From an uncultured cyanobacterium (GTDB taxonomy: Bacteria > Cyanobacteriota > Cyanobacteriia > Cyanobacteriales > Microcystaceae): a stretch of DNA of 64,000 nucleotides. The notes beneath the pieces were generated by a model that saw only the letters and a list, made by a program, of their open reading frames with translations, was not told the DNA's origin and ran no database searches. The stretch covers positions 22,767 to 86,766 of the forward strand of contig CAWEDJ010000039.1 in the NCBI GenBank assembly GCA_963807635.1. The letters run 5' to 3'. Both the position numbers and the translations under genes were made by a program. Position 1 is the first letter of the stretch, and the number at the start of each line of letters is the position of its first letter. Of the stretch, positions 47,536 to 60,557 are shown piece by piece.

Positions 47536-48897
47536 ATGTCCGTAACAAAGACTATTTCGGCAATTACTAACGACTGGGAAGAACTCCGTCGGGGATTTTT
47601 CAAGCTTGCCACGATTAATATTCTTTCTAATTTGATGGTTCCCTTGTCAGGGTTTATTAATATTGCTTTTTTGGGGCATTTAACGGAAGTTAATTACCTC
47701 GCGGGTGTAACTCTCGCCACTATTTTATTTAACTATCTTTATCGTACCCTGGGTTTTTTACGCATGAGTACCACAGGGGTTACTGCCCAGGCAGTGGGAC
47801 GCAATGATCCAGAGGCAACGCTTTTAGTCGGCCTACGAAATGGGATTTTTGCTTTATTTTTAGGGTTTATCCTGCTTTTCTTGCAATATCCCCTCCAAAA
47901 TCTCGGATTCGCCCTTCTGAGTGCCACCCCAGAAGTCAAGGCCGCAGGACAAGCCTATTACGATGCCCGCATTTGGGCCTTACCTGCAACCTTAATTAAT
48001 TTTGTGATCGTGGGCTGGTTTTTAGGACGGACTCAAAGTAATAAGGTTTTATGGTTATCGATTATCGGGAATGGGATCAATATTATTTTTGATTACTATT
48101 TCATTATTCGATTAGGTTGGGAAAGTCGAGGGGCTGGTATCGCGACAGCCTTGAGTCAATATTCCATGTTATTGGTAGGAATTATTTTATTAGTTAAAGA
48201 AATTAATTGGAAGGAAGTTAAGGCAGTAGCTAATCAGATTTTTGAATCTTCTGCATTGCTCGAAATATTAACGCTAAATCGTGATATCTTTATTCGGACA
48301 TTAGCCTTTTTAACCACTTTTTCTTTATTTATTAATTTTAGTTCGGCGATCGATACTTCTGTGTTAGCTGAAAATGCTTTGATGTTACAGGTGATTACCT
48401 TAACGGTTTATTTGATTGATGGACTGGCTTTTGCGACGGAAAGTTTAGTCGGTATTTTAAAGGGAAAAGATGCCCAAGAAGAACTTTTAGCGATTCTTAA
48501 AGTGGCAACCCAGACGAGTTTAGCCCTTGGTTTAGGCATCGCAACCGTATTTATGCTTTTCCCCGATCGCCTATTTGGATTGTTAACTAATCATGATGAA
48601 ATTCTAGAGAGTCTGAGATTTTACGTTCCTTGGCTACTGCCTGTCCTGGGATTTGGGGCGATCGCCTTTATGTTAGACGGTTATTTTTTAGGTTTAGCAG
48701 AAGGGGTTATTCTTCGTAATACTGCTTTATTTGCTACGCTGATCGGCTTTTTACCGTTAGGAATCTGGGCTTGGAAATTAGAAAATCCGAGTTTATTGTG
48801 GTTAGCATTAACCCTATTTATGATTATTCGTGTTATTGGTCTAGGCATTCAAGTTCCAAGAACGCTAAGAGAAAATTTTCAAAGTAAAGAAGCTTAA
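47536..48897 (+). CDS. MATE-family (DinF-like) efflux transporter
   Basis: Multi-pass membrane protein with FLRMSTTG.TAQA.G and DIFIRT motifs. Confidence 0.9.
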   Translation: MSVTKTISAITNDWEELRRGFFKLATINILSNLMVPLSGFINIAFLGHLTEVNYLAGVTLATILFNYLYRTLGFLRMSTTGVTAQAVGRNDPEATLLVGLRNGIFALFLGFILLFLQYPLQNLGFALLSATPEVKAAGQAYYDARIWALPATLINFVIVGWFLGRTQSNKVLWLSIIGNGINIIFDYYFIIRLGWESRGAGIATALSQYSMLLVGIILLVKEINWKEVKAVANQIFESSALLEILTLNRDIFIRTLAFLTTFSLFINFSSAIDTSVLAENALMLQVITLTVYLIDGLAFATESLVGILKGKDAQEELLAILKVATQTSLALGLGIATVFMLFPDRLFGLLTNHDEILESLRFYVPWLLPVLGFGAIAFMLDGYFLGLAEGVILRNTALFATLIGFLPLGIWAWKLENPSLLWLALTLFMIIRVIGLGIQVPRTLRENFQSKEA

Positions 48898-49287
48898 ATG
48901 AAATTATAATTTAACTATAAATTTAACCAAAATCTATAATATTCTTCCATTAAATGAGCTACAGGCAAAGAGTTTAAAACTCTCGGTAATAACCCATCCA
49001 AAGTGATTGAATAAAATTTTTGTGAAAAATTTGTAAACTGATAATATTTTGGTCTGTTGTGATAGCCTTCTATCGTCTTTAATTTTCTATTTCTATATTA
49101 GTTAGCTTAATTAGCGATTAGACTTTAACCGTTAGAGATTAGTATTCATAAATTTGAGAACTAATTTACAGAAAATAGTAAGGATATTTTTATAAAAAAC
49201 TTTAAAATTTAACAAACTACCATGCTGATCGAGTATCTTAAGAAAATATAACTCTTGACTTTAATAGCTTTAATCCTAACTTAAACC

Positions 49288-51681
49288 TTGATTCAAACTG
49301 AAACCTTAGCCCTCCTCGAATGGGAACGCCTCTGTCAACATCTCTCTACTTTTGCTGAGACAAAATTGGGTGCGATCGCGGCCAACCAACTTTTGCCCCC
49401 TGATACCCAAGCCGCCAGTCTCGAATTATTGAGTCAAACCCAGGAAATTGAACAAATCGAACAAAGTTTGGATGCGGGTTGGAAATTTACAGGTATTACC
49501 GATATTCGAGAAGGATTAGCCCGTGCCGAATTGGGCGGAATGCTGGCGGGGCAGGAATTGCTCAATCTAGCGACAACCTTGGCGGGAGTCCGACGCTTAC
49601 GGCGGGTGATTGATAGTAAGGAAAATTTGCCCGTTTTGACAGCATTAGTGGCCGATGTCCGCACCTATCCCGAATTAGAGCAGGAAATCCATCATTGTAT
49701 TGATGAAGACGGTAAAGTTGCTGAACGGGCCAGTCCCAAATTAGGAGAAATTCGTCAGCGACTCAAGGAAATTCGCGGGCGCATTTATCAGAAACTACAA
49801 AGTATTTTGCAACGTCAGGGGGGAGCCGTCCAAGAAGCGGTGATTACTCAACGGGGCGATCGCTTTGTAATTCCTGTAAAAACGCCACAAAAAGACCAAA
49901 TTCCTGGCATTATTCACGATAGTTCCAGTAGTGGGGCGACCATTTATGTAGAACCCCAGGCGATCGTCGAATGGGGCAATAAACTTCGCCAGTGTCGTCG
50001 CCAGGAGCAAACCGAAGAAGAAATCATTCTCAGAAGATTAACGGAAAAAGTTGCCGAAGTTCAGGAAGATTTAGCCCATTTATTAACTGTAGCGACTTGT
50101 TTGGATTTGGCAACGGCCAGATTGCGCTATAGTCTCTGGTTAGGGGGAAATCCGCCTAAATTTGTTGATTTTAGTGAAAAAGAGCCGATTATATTGCGGC
50201 AATTGCGTCATCCCCTTTTGGTGTGGCAACAAAAGCAGGAACAGGGCATGGAAGTAGTGCCAATTACGGTACACATTGATCCTAAAATTCGAGTCGTTGC
50301 CATTACGGGGCCAAATACGGGCGGAAAAACTGTTACGCTCAAAACCCTGGGACTCGCGGCACTGATGGCAAAAGTGGGGTTATATGTTCCCGCTAAAGCC
50401 CCTGTTGAAATCCCTTGGTTTGAGCAAATTTTAGCCGATATTGGGGATGAACAGTCTTTAGAGCAAAGCTTATCCACTTTTTCAGGACATATTCGCCGTA
50501 TCACCCGCATTATTGAGGCTTTAAATTCTCCTAACCAATTTTCTAATTCCCTAGTGTTATTAGATGAAGTGGGCGCAGGAACCGATCCCGTTGAAGGAAG
50601 TGCTTTGGCGATCGCGCTTTTAAATTATTTGGCGGATCATGCCCTTTTAACGATGGCAACCACTCACTATGGCGAATTGAAAGCTCTGAAATATCAGGAT
50701 GAACGGTTTGAAAATGCGTCCGTTGAATTCGATGATCAGACCCTATCCCCGACCTATCGACTATTGTGGGGAATTCCTGGTCGTTCCAATGCCTTGACCA
50801 TTGCTCAACGTCTGGGTTTACCGCCAGAGATTGTGGAAACGGCGAAAACTCGTATGGGCGGATTGTCTGAGGATATTAATCAGGTGATTGCGGGATTGGA
50901 GTTGCAACGTCGCGAACAGGAGCGCAAAGCTAAGGAAGCCCAACAATTACTCCAGCAAACCGAGCAATTTTATAATGAAGTGTCGGAAAAAGCTTCTTCT
51001 CTCCACAGCAGGGAACGGGATTTGCGCCAATATCAGGAACAGGAAATCCAAAGGGCGATCGCAGAGGCACGGGCAGAAATTGCTAAGGTGATCCGTGAGT
51101 TGCAACGGGAAAAACCAACAGCCCAACAAGCTCAACACGCGACCGAAATTCTCAAACGGATTCAAGAAAGGGAGTTAGCCAAAAACCCGATTAAAGCGAT
51201 CGCCTATCAACCGCAAATCGGAGAAAAAATTAAAATTCCCAGTTTAGGGCAAACCGCCGAAGTTCTCAATTTTTCGGAATCGGCTGGGGAAGTGACGGTT
51301 AAATTTGGCTTGATGAAAATGACGGTTGCTGTCACAGAAATTGAGTCCCTAGATGGCAAAAAAGTGGAAGTTCCCGTTGCTAAGACCCCTAAAGTTGTGA
51401 CTCCCCCTCCTCTTGAGCCTAAAACCCCTGTGTTGGTCAGGACTTCTAATAATACGATTGATTTAAGGGGCGATCGCGTGGAAGCGGCGGAATCCAAGTT
51501 AGAAAAAGCCATTAATCAAGCGACGGAATCAGGAATGCTCTGGATTATTCATGGCAAGGGAACGGGAAAATTGCGATCGGGTGTTCATGAATTTTTAAGT
51601 TACCATCCCCAGGTTGATCGCTTTGAGTTGGCTCCACAAAACGAAGGGGGTTCGGGAGTGACCTTGGCCTATCTCAAGTAA
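49288..51681 (+). CDS. mutS2: Endonuclease MutS2
   Basis: ITGPNTGGKT, QSLSTFSGH and LLDEVGAGTDP motifs, C-terminal Smr domain (IIHGKGTG). Confidence 0.96.
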   Translation: MIQTETLALLEWERLCQHLSTFAETKLGAIAANQLLPPDTQAASLELLSQTQEIEQIEQSLDAGWKFTGITDIREGLARAELGGMLAGQELLNLATTLAGVRRLRRVIDSKENLPVLTALVADVRTYPELEQEIHHCIDEDGKVAERASPKLGEIRQRLKEIRGRIYQKLQSILQRQGGAVQEAVITQRGDRFVIPVKTPQKDQIPGIIHDSSSSGATIYVEPQAIVEWGNKLRQCRRQEQTEEEIILRRLTEKVAEVQEDLAHLLTVATCLDLATARLRYSLWLGGNPPKFVDFSEKEPIILRQLRHPLLVWQQKQEQGMEVVPITVHIDPKIRVVAITGPNTGGKTVTLKTLGLAALMAKVGLYVPAKAPVEIPWFEQILADIGDEQSLEQSLSTFSGHIRRITRIIEALNSPNQFSNSLVLLDEVGAGTDPVEGSALAIALLNYLADHALLTMATTHYGELKALKYQDERFENASVEFDDQTLSPTYRLLWGIPGRSNALTIAQRLGLPPEIVETAKTRMGGLSEDINQVIAGLELQRREQERKAKEAQQLLQQTEQFYNEVSEKASSLHSRERDLRQYQEQEIQRAIAEARAEIAKVIRELQREKPTAQQAQHATEILKRIQERELAKNPIKAIAYQPQIGEKIKIPSLGQTAEVLNFSESAGEVTVKFGLMKMTVAVTEIESLDGKKVEVPVAKTPKVVTPPPLEPKTPVLVRTSNNTIDLRGDRVEAAESKLEKAINQATESGMLWIIHGKGTGKLRSGVHEFLSYHPQVDRFELAPQNEGGSGVTLAYLK

Positions 51682-51830
51682 ATGCGATCGGGAAAAAGAC
51701 TAAACTAAAAGCATCAACTTAAGGGTTTCTTCTTGCTTGGAGAGATTCATTGTCTATGATCGTCACCTTTAGTTATCTTAAATGCGATCGCTAAGTTAAA
51801 ATAAATTATCTTTTTTTAGGAGAAAAATTA

Positions 51831-52052
51831 ATGAGTTTTAAAGAATTAATTAAAGCAGAATTAGAATTGATTCCAGAACAGGAACTCCAAAAATTTTATG
51901 ACATCATTAAAGATTGGCGTAAAACAAATCAAGATTATCAAGATGACTTAGGCGATTTATTAGCTAAGTGTGAAATGAGTACAGGTATTCCTGATCTTTC
52001 TTATCAGCATGACCATTATCAACACGGCACTCCAAAACGAGAAATAGAGTAA
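51831..52052 (+). CDS. Putative VapB-type antitoxin
   Basis: 73 aa, DLSYQHDHY..G C-terminus, abuts the PIN gene. Confidence 0.7.
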   Translation: MSFKELIKAELELIPEQELQKFYDIIKDWRKTNQDYQDDLGDLLAKCEMSTGIPDLSYQHDHYQHGTPKREIE

Positions 52053-53538
52053 ATGAAAAAAGTCTTTGTTGACACGGCGGCTTGGATTGCCTTGCTTACA
52101 GCAATTTCCGATCAAACGCACCACGAAAAAGCTATCTCAAAGGCTCAAAGTAGAGACCACAATGTTGGAACCAATCAAGAGCATTTTCATTAGTAATGGT
52201 ATTGATCGCATTAGTAATAGCTTCGTCAAGAGCCTCGATTGTTCGAGCTTTAGCAGAGCGAATAATTTCTTTTAATTTAGACCAACACAACTCAATTGGT
52301 GATAAATCTGGCGAATAGGAAGGTAAAAATTTAACCTTGGCTCCAACAGATTCAATCAGATTTGTAGTGACGGTAGCGTAATGTACAGACAAATTATCCA
52401 TCACGACAATTGCCCCTGCCCATAACTGAGGTAATAATACTTGCTCAATAAAGACTAAAAAACTATCGGTATTTAGACTGCCAGGAAAGGTCATTGAGGC
52501 AATCAAACCTTCATCACTCATCGCCCCAATTAAAGTGATGTTTTGTCCTTTATTTCCTGGACGCTCATCATAAACCCTTTCTCCTCCCAGACAACGCGCA
52601 TAGAGTCTTACCATCGCTAGATTAAGACCCGTCTCATCAATGAATATCAGGTTTCTTATATCTATCGTCTCTAGCCAACGTCTAAATTCATAACGCGATT
52701 CTTTAACCTTTTCTGTGCCTTGCTCACTTGCTACTAATGTTTTTTTTTTACGCCCTAATTCTAAACGTGTAAGAGTTCGACTTACCCCCGATATACTTAC
52801 TTCTATTCCTTTCTCTTGTTGCAATTTTTCTTGGATTTCTCGTAAATATATATCATTTTGTTCTGCAACTATTTTTTTTAATAATTCTTCGTCTTCACCC
52901 TTTATCTTTGAACGGCGATCTCCCCCTTGGGGTTTGGGTGCTATTTCATTTGTTTGTCGATACCGACGTAAAAAATCGCGAACGAAAGATAAGCTAACCT
53001 TAAATCGTTTTGCTAAACCTCTTTGAGTATTTTCTTGGTTTTGCCATGCCGTTAGTATTCTTTGGCGTAAATCTAGCGAATATGCTGCCATATCTCATTA
53101 ATTTTTTTAAGTTTTTTTCATGTTACCATACTTGTAGCGGGTTTGAACGAAATTTGCTGTAATATTGATGATCTTTGGCATCAGCAGGCTAAAAAAATAC
53201 GCCTAGAATTGCTCAAAAACAATTATATCTTCATAACGACAGAATTTATTTTGTTGGAAGTAGGAGATGCTTTATGCTCCCAAAATATAAGAAGAAATAC
53301 AGCTAATTTTCTGCATAATATTTATCAATTAAACTCTATTATCGTTATTTCCTTTAGTCAAGATCTATTACAGTCAGGTCTGAGCTTATACGACCAGAGA
53401 TTAGACAAAGACTGGGGATTAACCGATTGCATTAGTTTTATCGTCATGCAAAGAGAAAATATTCAAGAAGCCTTTACTTCAGATAAGCATTTTGAACAAG
53501 CAGGATTCATTCGTTTACTCCAGCGATCGCCTGATTAA
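52053..53538 (+). pseudogene. vapC: VapC PIN-domain toxin interrupted by IS630
   Basis: MKKVFVDTAAWIALL|NIDDLWHQQA...LTDCISF...FTSDKHFEQAGF rejoins in frame when the IS is removed. Confidence 0.9.
52099..53159 (-). mobile_element. IS630-family element, copy 2 (transposase 52132-53091)
   Basis: TA duplication, near-identical to the other copies. Confidence 0.95.
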
Positions 53539-54668
53539 GACGCAGAAGCATAGGAACCAAAGCCTAAAACGGATTCATAATAAGTTACCAACTGTTTGGT
53601 TGCCGCACTCCAGCCCCATTTTTCTGCTTCTTGGCGGGCATTCTGGCGTAATAATTCCCGTTCTTCTGTCGCCGCTAACAATTTTTGAGTGGCAACAACG
53701 GCCCCGCGAGCATCCACTGGATCAAAGAGATAGCCATTGACTCCATCGGTGACAATATCAGGAATCCCGCCCGATCGCGCCGCCACCACAGGACAGCCCG
53801 CCGCCATTGCTTCTAATAACACTAATCCCAGGGTTTCGGTACGAGACGGAAAGATAAACGCATCGGAAGACGCAAAAGCTGCCGCTAATTCCAAGCCATG
53901 AAGATAACCGACAAAATGGGTATTCGTTTCCGCAAAATGGGTTTCCATTGCTTCTCGGTGGGGGCCATCTCCCACGATCGCCAAACGAGCATCGGGAATC
54001 GCTTCTAGAACGGGTTTAATTTCATCGATTTGTTTCTCGGCTGAAACTCGTCCGACATAAAGCAATAATGGCGCATCGGGATTACCCTGGGAAAGACGCG
54101 ATCGCATTTTTGAGCAAACCAAATGGGGCTGAAACATTTCCGTATCCACCCCCCGTTGCCAGAGATCCACCCGTTCGATATCATGATCAATCAAAGTTTC
54201 GACCATTGCCGTCGAAGTACAAAGATTTAATTGGGCTTGATTATGGCCTAATTTCAATAGTTCCCATAACAAACCTTCTAACGCGCCTAAGCCGTAATGC
54301 TGTAAATATTGGGGTAAATGGGTGTGATAGGAAGCAACTAGGGGAATATTAAGAGTTTTCGCGTAATAAATTCCCCCCAATCCTAAAACAGCAGGATTAA
54401 CCACATGAATTAAATCTGGCTTAAACTTTTCTAAAACCAGCTTCAGAGACGGTCGAGGAATGGCTAATTTCAATTCAGGATAAAGGGGCAGAGGAATGCC
54501 CGACACCCCATACACTTTAGCTCCTTTGTATTCCTTGATTCCCCCATCGGGAGAGATGACTAAAACCTGATGTCCCTCCCGTTGTAGATGTTCAACCGTA
54601 TGCTTTAAACGAGTAACAATACCGTCGATCTTCGGTAAAAAAGTTTCAGTAAAAAGAGCAATTCTCAT
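53535..54668 (-). CDS. sqdX: Sulfoquinovosyltransferase (GT4)
   Basis: MRIALFTETFLPKIDGIV and ETLGLVLLEAMA motifs, directly after sqdB. Confidence 0.9.
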   Translation of the reverse strand: MRIALFTETFLPKIDGIVTRLKHTVEHLQREGHQVLVISPDGGIKEYKGAKVYGVSGIPLPLYPELKLAIPRPSLKLVLEKFKPDLIHVVNPAVLGLGGIYYAKTLNIPLVASYHTHLPQYLQHYGLGALEGLLWELLKLGHNQAQLNLCTSTAMVETLIDHDIERVDLWQRGVDTEMFQPHLVCSKMRSRLSQGNPDAPLLLYVGRVSAEKQIDEIKPVLEAIPDARLAIVGDGPHREAMETHFAETNTHFVGYLHGLELAAAFASSDAFIFPSRTETLGLVLLEAMAAGCPVVAARSGGIPDIVTDGVNGYLFDPVDARGAVVATQKLLAATEERELLRQNARQEAEKWGWSAATKQLVTYYESVLGFGSYASAS

Positions 54669-54686
54669 GCGGGTTAATGGGTTAAA

Positions 54687-55859
<1,173 letters not shown>

Positions 55860-56022
55860 TCACTGACATTACAATAATTTATCAGGTCTGGGGACTCTCG
55901 GTAACATTGATGACCATCTTTATTTTGAGACTCGGTTCCATTCGTTGAATTTCGTTAATGAGCCGTTAATGGCTAATTAAGGAGACGTTAAGGCAGAATC
56001 GCGATCGCAATGTGACCCACTG

Positions 56023-56108
56023 CTTAAAGGTTCAGACGACCCATCGACAAAAATAGTGTCATCTTGTTTGTAGTCTTCGTGTGGCATCGATTTCGCGATC
56101 GCCGTCTC
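56023..56108 (-). repeat. Displaced, degenerate copy of the 3' region of the second clpB
   Basis: 62/86 ungapped identity to 60845-60930. Reads ETAIAKSMPHEDYKQDDTIFVD. Confidence 0.85.
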
Positions 56109-56196
56109 AACTCTTATCAAAAAGCGATTGTTTTTTACCATTCAGTCTAAACCAAGATCAATGAGGCTTAGAGTTTTAACAATTGCAATTACAAAC

Positions 56197-56469
56197 TTAC
56201 GGGAAAACTCGATAAATTTCTCGACGGTGGGCTACCCTCTGACAGATAATTTACTAATTTTTAGAATCAAATGTCATGCCAATTCTATAATCGCCAACTC
56301 GAATTTTATATTTGTCATTATATCCTTTCATTTTACTAATATAACCCAGGGCAAAAGGATTGTCTGAGTTGAGTTCTTCAAACACAATAACTTCTACCCG
56401 ACTCTGAATACTTTTAGGTAGTGCGGCTAACTCCTTCAAAAATCGTTTAGTATACTTAATTTCCCACAT
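56197..56469 (-). pseudogene. RelE-family toxin truncated by in-frame TAG TAA
   Basis: KIRVGDYRI...SKN**IICQRVAHRREIYRVFP*. Confidence 0.85.
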
Positions 56470-56668
56470 TTTGTGATTTTAAAGACTGATAATAGGAGTA
56501 AGCAATATCTCCAGAGAGTTGTTCATCATTTTCAACTTCTTCCATCAATTTTGCTAATCCAAAATCTTCTAAAATTTTTTCGATTTGGTTATAAATGGCA
56601 ATAGGAATCTGAACTGCTAAGGGCTTTTGTTCTTCATCTAAAACGTACTGCTTAGGAATTGGAAGCAT
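56456..56668 (-). CDS. RelB-like antitoxin
   Basis: 70-aa acidic ORF overlapping the toxin start. Confidence 0.75.
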   Translation of the reverse strand: MLPIPKQYVLDEEQKPLAVQIPIAIYNQIEKILEDFGLAKLMEEVENDEQLSGDIAYSYYQSLKSQNVGN

Positions 56669-56766
56669 TTGTATAATCTCAACTATTGTTTTAAGTTAAC
56701 TTAAATTATTATTATAAAGCTGTTCAAAATAACTAACTGATTGTAACATATCTCGCTAAAATCTAA

Positions 56767-56802
56767 ATCTAATAAAACATTCGTATCAAATAAGACCTTC
56801 AT
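56767..56802 (-). pseudogene. N-terminal remnant of a PIN toxin
   Basis: MKVLFDTNVLLD overlaps the upstream stop (ATGA), after which PIN similarity is lost. Confidence 0.65.
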
Positions 56803-57023
56803 TCCTTTTGCAAAAGCCTTGCTTCTAAAAGGGATTTAACCTCTTCATCCGTAGGTGCAGGCGCATCAGTCTTCGCAATGCCCACTAAACTTGACGCGAT
56901 ACCTTTATGTTGGATCGCTAATGAAGGTTTTGAGCGCAGGGATTTCATTAAGATATTGATTAATTCCCAACGATCATCTTCCGAAAGCGTTAATACTTGT
57001 TCGTGAAGTTTTTGAAAATTCAT
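56799..57023 (-). CDS. Putative antitoxin (orphaned)
   Basis: 74-aa ORF with GIAKTDAPAPTDEEV, coupled to the PIN remnant. Confidence 0.65.
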   Translation of the reverse strand: MNFQKLHEQVLTLSEDDRWELINILMKSLRSKPSLAIQHKGIASSLVGIAKTDAPAPTDEEVKSLLEARLLQKE

Positions 57024-57344
57024 ACCGTTTAAGCCATAGGATAAACTTACATGGGATTGTAACAAATTGTCTTATGTCACCTCAAGCGATAATGATGATA
57101 TTGCGCTGAAACTTAGCGATCGCAGTTTTGTTATTGATAATTGAAAAGCGATCGCTGAAAGTACGACCATGCAGATCGCCCTCATTGTCGGTTAAGTCGA
57201 GAAATCTGAATGTTATCCGAGTTAGGGTCAATCAATTTTTGTCAAAAGGGATGCTGGTAATGTTTTAGACCTGTGGCTCGTATTTCTGGAAGACAGCTAG
57301 TCTATTCGTTTTGAGGTGTCTTATCCACGGATTCAGGACACTAC

Positions 57345-57537
57345 AAAATAACAATACCCGCATCTATGGCTGTGCGATCCATGTTGACATTATTGGTGAC
57401 AAAATATGGATACAACATGACGGCACCGAAGACGCGATCGCCGATGAGCTTATAGCCAAGGGGTACCTAGTAAAGATGTCATTCTTGCCTACCATTCTCC
57501 ATACCTCCGTCAATATACAGAATTTGCTGTAGGATAA
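57345..57537 (+). pseudogene. xisI: XisI-family fragment (5' truncated, frameshifted)
   Basis: RIYGCAIHVDIIGDKIWIQHDGTED..., then in a shifted frame VILAYHSPYLRQYTEFAVG*. Confidence 0.8.
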
Positions 57538-57542
57538 CAACC

Positions 57543-58865
57543 ATGAGAATCGACCGATTAGAGATAAAAAACTTCAAAAAGTTCTCTAACTATAGCCTTG
57601 ACCTACACCCCCAATTCACCTTGCTAATTGGAGATAATGGTACAGGTAAAACCTCTATTCTCGATGCCCTGGCGATCGCCGCAGGAGTTTGGCTGGTCAA
57701 CTCTCCTGACACTACCCTCAACTATAGCCGACGTAATATTTTACGTTCAGAAATCCGTTTAGAGGCTATCTCTATCGATAGCATTACCCAATTTATCGAA
57801 CGCACACCCACCGAAATTAAAGCGATCGGCACAATCAACGATCAACCTGTGCAATGGTTGCGACAAATTAAAGAGAATAGTTCTCGAACTTCCAATACAG
57901 AAGCAAAAGAATCTCTAGATATCATCTCTAAGTTGTTTAAACAGGTCGCAGCAGGCGATCAAATCTGGCTACCTGTCATGGCTTACTACGGAGCAGGGCG
58001 AGCGGGGCTACCCTCCAATCAACGCGCTGCTATAACCTACACCAGTCCATCTCGCCGTTGGGATGCTTTTTATGATTGTTTTGAAGAACGGATTAGCACC
58101 TCTCGCCTAAATACTTGGTTTCAAAAAGAAGCGATCGCCTCAGTCAAAAAATAGGGACAAATGCGATCAGGTTACAAGGTTGTGAAGTTCGCCATCTTGC
58201 GCTGCATTCCTAACGCTAATGATCTTTGGTTTGATGGCGATCGTGGTGAAATTGCCATTGCGATCAATGGTCAGCCCCAACCCTTTAGCAATCTGAGTGC
58301 AGGACAAAAAATGATGGTAGCGCTAATCGCCGATCTCGCCATCAAGATTGTTACTCAAAATGCTGCTTTTCTGCCCGAAGAAATAGATACAGACAATCAA
58401 GCATTACCGCAAATCTTGCAGCAAACATCGGGATTAGTGATGATTGATGAAATTGATGTGCATCTACATCCCAAATGGCAACGTCAAGTCGTAGACGATC
58501 TCAAAACCACTTTTCCCGCGATCCAGTTTGTCTGTACTACCCATTCACCGATAATTACTAGTGAAGTTGAAGCTAAATCTATTAGATTTCTTGGATATGA
58601 GGCAGAAAATGGTGACATTATTTCTACGATTCCATCAGAGTCTTATGGTCTAGATGCAAATCGAGTCTTAGACGAGCTAATGGGAGCGTCAGAACGAAAC
58701 AAAGAAGTCACACAAAATCTTCATAAAATGTTTCAGCTAATTGATGATGAAGATTTTGATATGGCTCGGCAAGCGATGATTCCACTGATCACAAAAATTG
58801 GCGATCGTGACCCTGAAATTACTCGCGCTCAAACTTTGATCAAATTTTTGGAAGGCAAAGAATGA
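57543..58865 (+). pseudogene. ABC/AAA ATPase, Septu PtuA-like, with in-frame TAG at 58152
   Basis: GDNGTGKT, YYGAGR, LSAGQK, IDEIDVHLHPKWQ and TTHSP motifs. The two ORFs are in the same frame. Confidence 0.82.
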
Positions 58866-60557
58866 GAAATATTCAAAAAACTACAGAGCCGCAATCATTA
58901 CAGCAAATTTCGTTCAAACCCGCTACAAGTATGGTAACATGAAAAAAACTTAAAAAAATTAATGAGATATGGCAGCATATTCGCTAGATTTACGCCAAAG
59001 AATACTAACGGCATGGCAAAACCAAGAAAATACTCAAAGAGGTTTAGCAAAACGATTTAAGGTTAGCTTATCTTTCGTTCGCGATTTTTTACGTCGGTAT
59101 CGACAAACAAATGAAATAGCACCCAAACCCCAAGGGGGAGATCGCCGTTCAAAGATAAAGGGTGAAGACGAAGAATTATTAAAAAAAATAGTTGCAGAAC
59201 AAAATGATATATATTTACGAGAAATCCAAGAAAAATTGCAACAAGAGAAAGGAATAGAAGTAAGTATATCGGGGGTAAGTCGAACTCTTACACGTTTAGA
59301 ATTAGGGCGTAAAAAAAAAACATTAGTAGCAAGTGAGCAAGGCACAGAAAAGGTTAAAGAATCGCGTTATGAATTTAGACGTTGGCTAGAGACGATAGAT
59401 ATAAGAAACCTGATATTCATTGATGAGACGGGTCTTAATCTAGCGATGGTAAGACTCTATGCGCGTTGTCTGGGAGGAGAAAGGGTTTATGATGAGCGTC
59501 CAGGAAATAAAGGACAAAACATCACTTTAATTGGGGCGATGAGTGATGAAGGTTTGATTGCCTCAATGACCTTTCCTGGCAGTCTAAATACCGATAGTTT
59601 TTTAGTCTTTATTGAGCAAGTATTATTACCTCAGTTATGGGCAGGGGCAATTGTCGTGATGGATAATTTGTCTGTACATTACGCTACCGTCACTACAAAT
59701 CTGATTGAATCTGTTGGAGCCAAGGTTAAATTTTTACCTTCCTATTCGCCAGATTTATCACCAATTGAGTTGTGTTGGTCTAAATTAAAAGAAATTATTC
59801 GCTCTGCTAAAGCTCGAACAATCGAGGCTCTTGACGAAGCTATTACTAATGCGATCAATACCATTACTGATGAAAATGCTCTTGATTGGTTCCAACATTG
59901 TGGTCTCTACTTTGAGCCTTTGAGATAGCTTTTTCGTGGTGCGTTTGATCGGAAATTGCTGTAACCCAGCATCGATGCAATACCGATTCTAATTACGAAA
60001 ATTATGCTAAGAAGGATGATCTACGAAAAAGTTTAGTAGCTGAACAACGTGGAATTTGTTGTTACTGTATGCAGAGGATTCGTCCTAATCTAGAAAGTAT
60101 GAAAATCGAGCATTGGCAATGTCAAGATAAATATCCAAAACGACAGTTAGACTATGATAATCTGCTGGGAGCTTGTCCCGGCGGTACAGGAAAATCCAAA
60201 CGTGATCAGCATTGTGACACCAGAAAAGGAAATGATGACATATCATTCAATCCAGCAGATCCATTTCATGATGTTGAAAGCAAATTACAGTTTCTAGGAG
60301 ATGGAACCATTAAATCAAATGATGTGCAATTCGATCAAGAGATTAATGATGTTCTGAACTTAAATGAAAGGTCGTTAAATCGCAACCGTAAAGCAGTATT
60401 AAATGCTCTACAGCAAAGCTTTATGAGAGGCAATCCTTCAAAGATAGCTATAGAAAAAGAACTTCGCAAATGGAATGGTGACAGTGGAGAAGAACTTGAA
60501 CCATTTTGTCAAGTTGTTATTTATTACCTCCGTAAGAAACTCAAGAGAATGTCATGA
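58862..60557 (+). pseudogene. HNH endonuclease, PtuB/TIGR02646-like, interrupted by IS630
   Basis: MRNIQKTTEPQSL|TQHR...EQRGICCYCMQRI...IEHW...LDYDNLLGAC...HCDTRKG. Confidence 0.85.
58901..59961 (+). mobile_element. IS630-family element, copy 3 (transposase 58969-59928)
   Basis: TA duplication and the same IRs as the other copies. Confidence 0.95.

Noticed and set aside
53143..53161. ORF start MNEICC for the PIN gene
   Set aside because: It derives from the IS630 end. The true start is at 52053.
57160..57545. Retron msr-msd upstream of the ATPase+HNH pair
   Set aside because: No reverse transcriptase in the window and no convincing a1/a2 inverted repeats. Most of the region is an XisI remnant.
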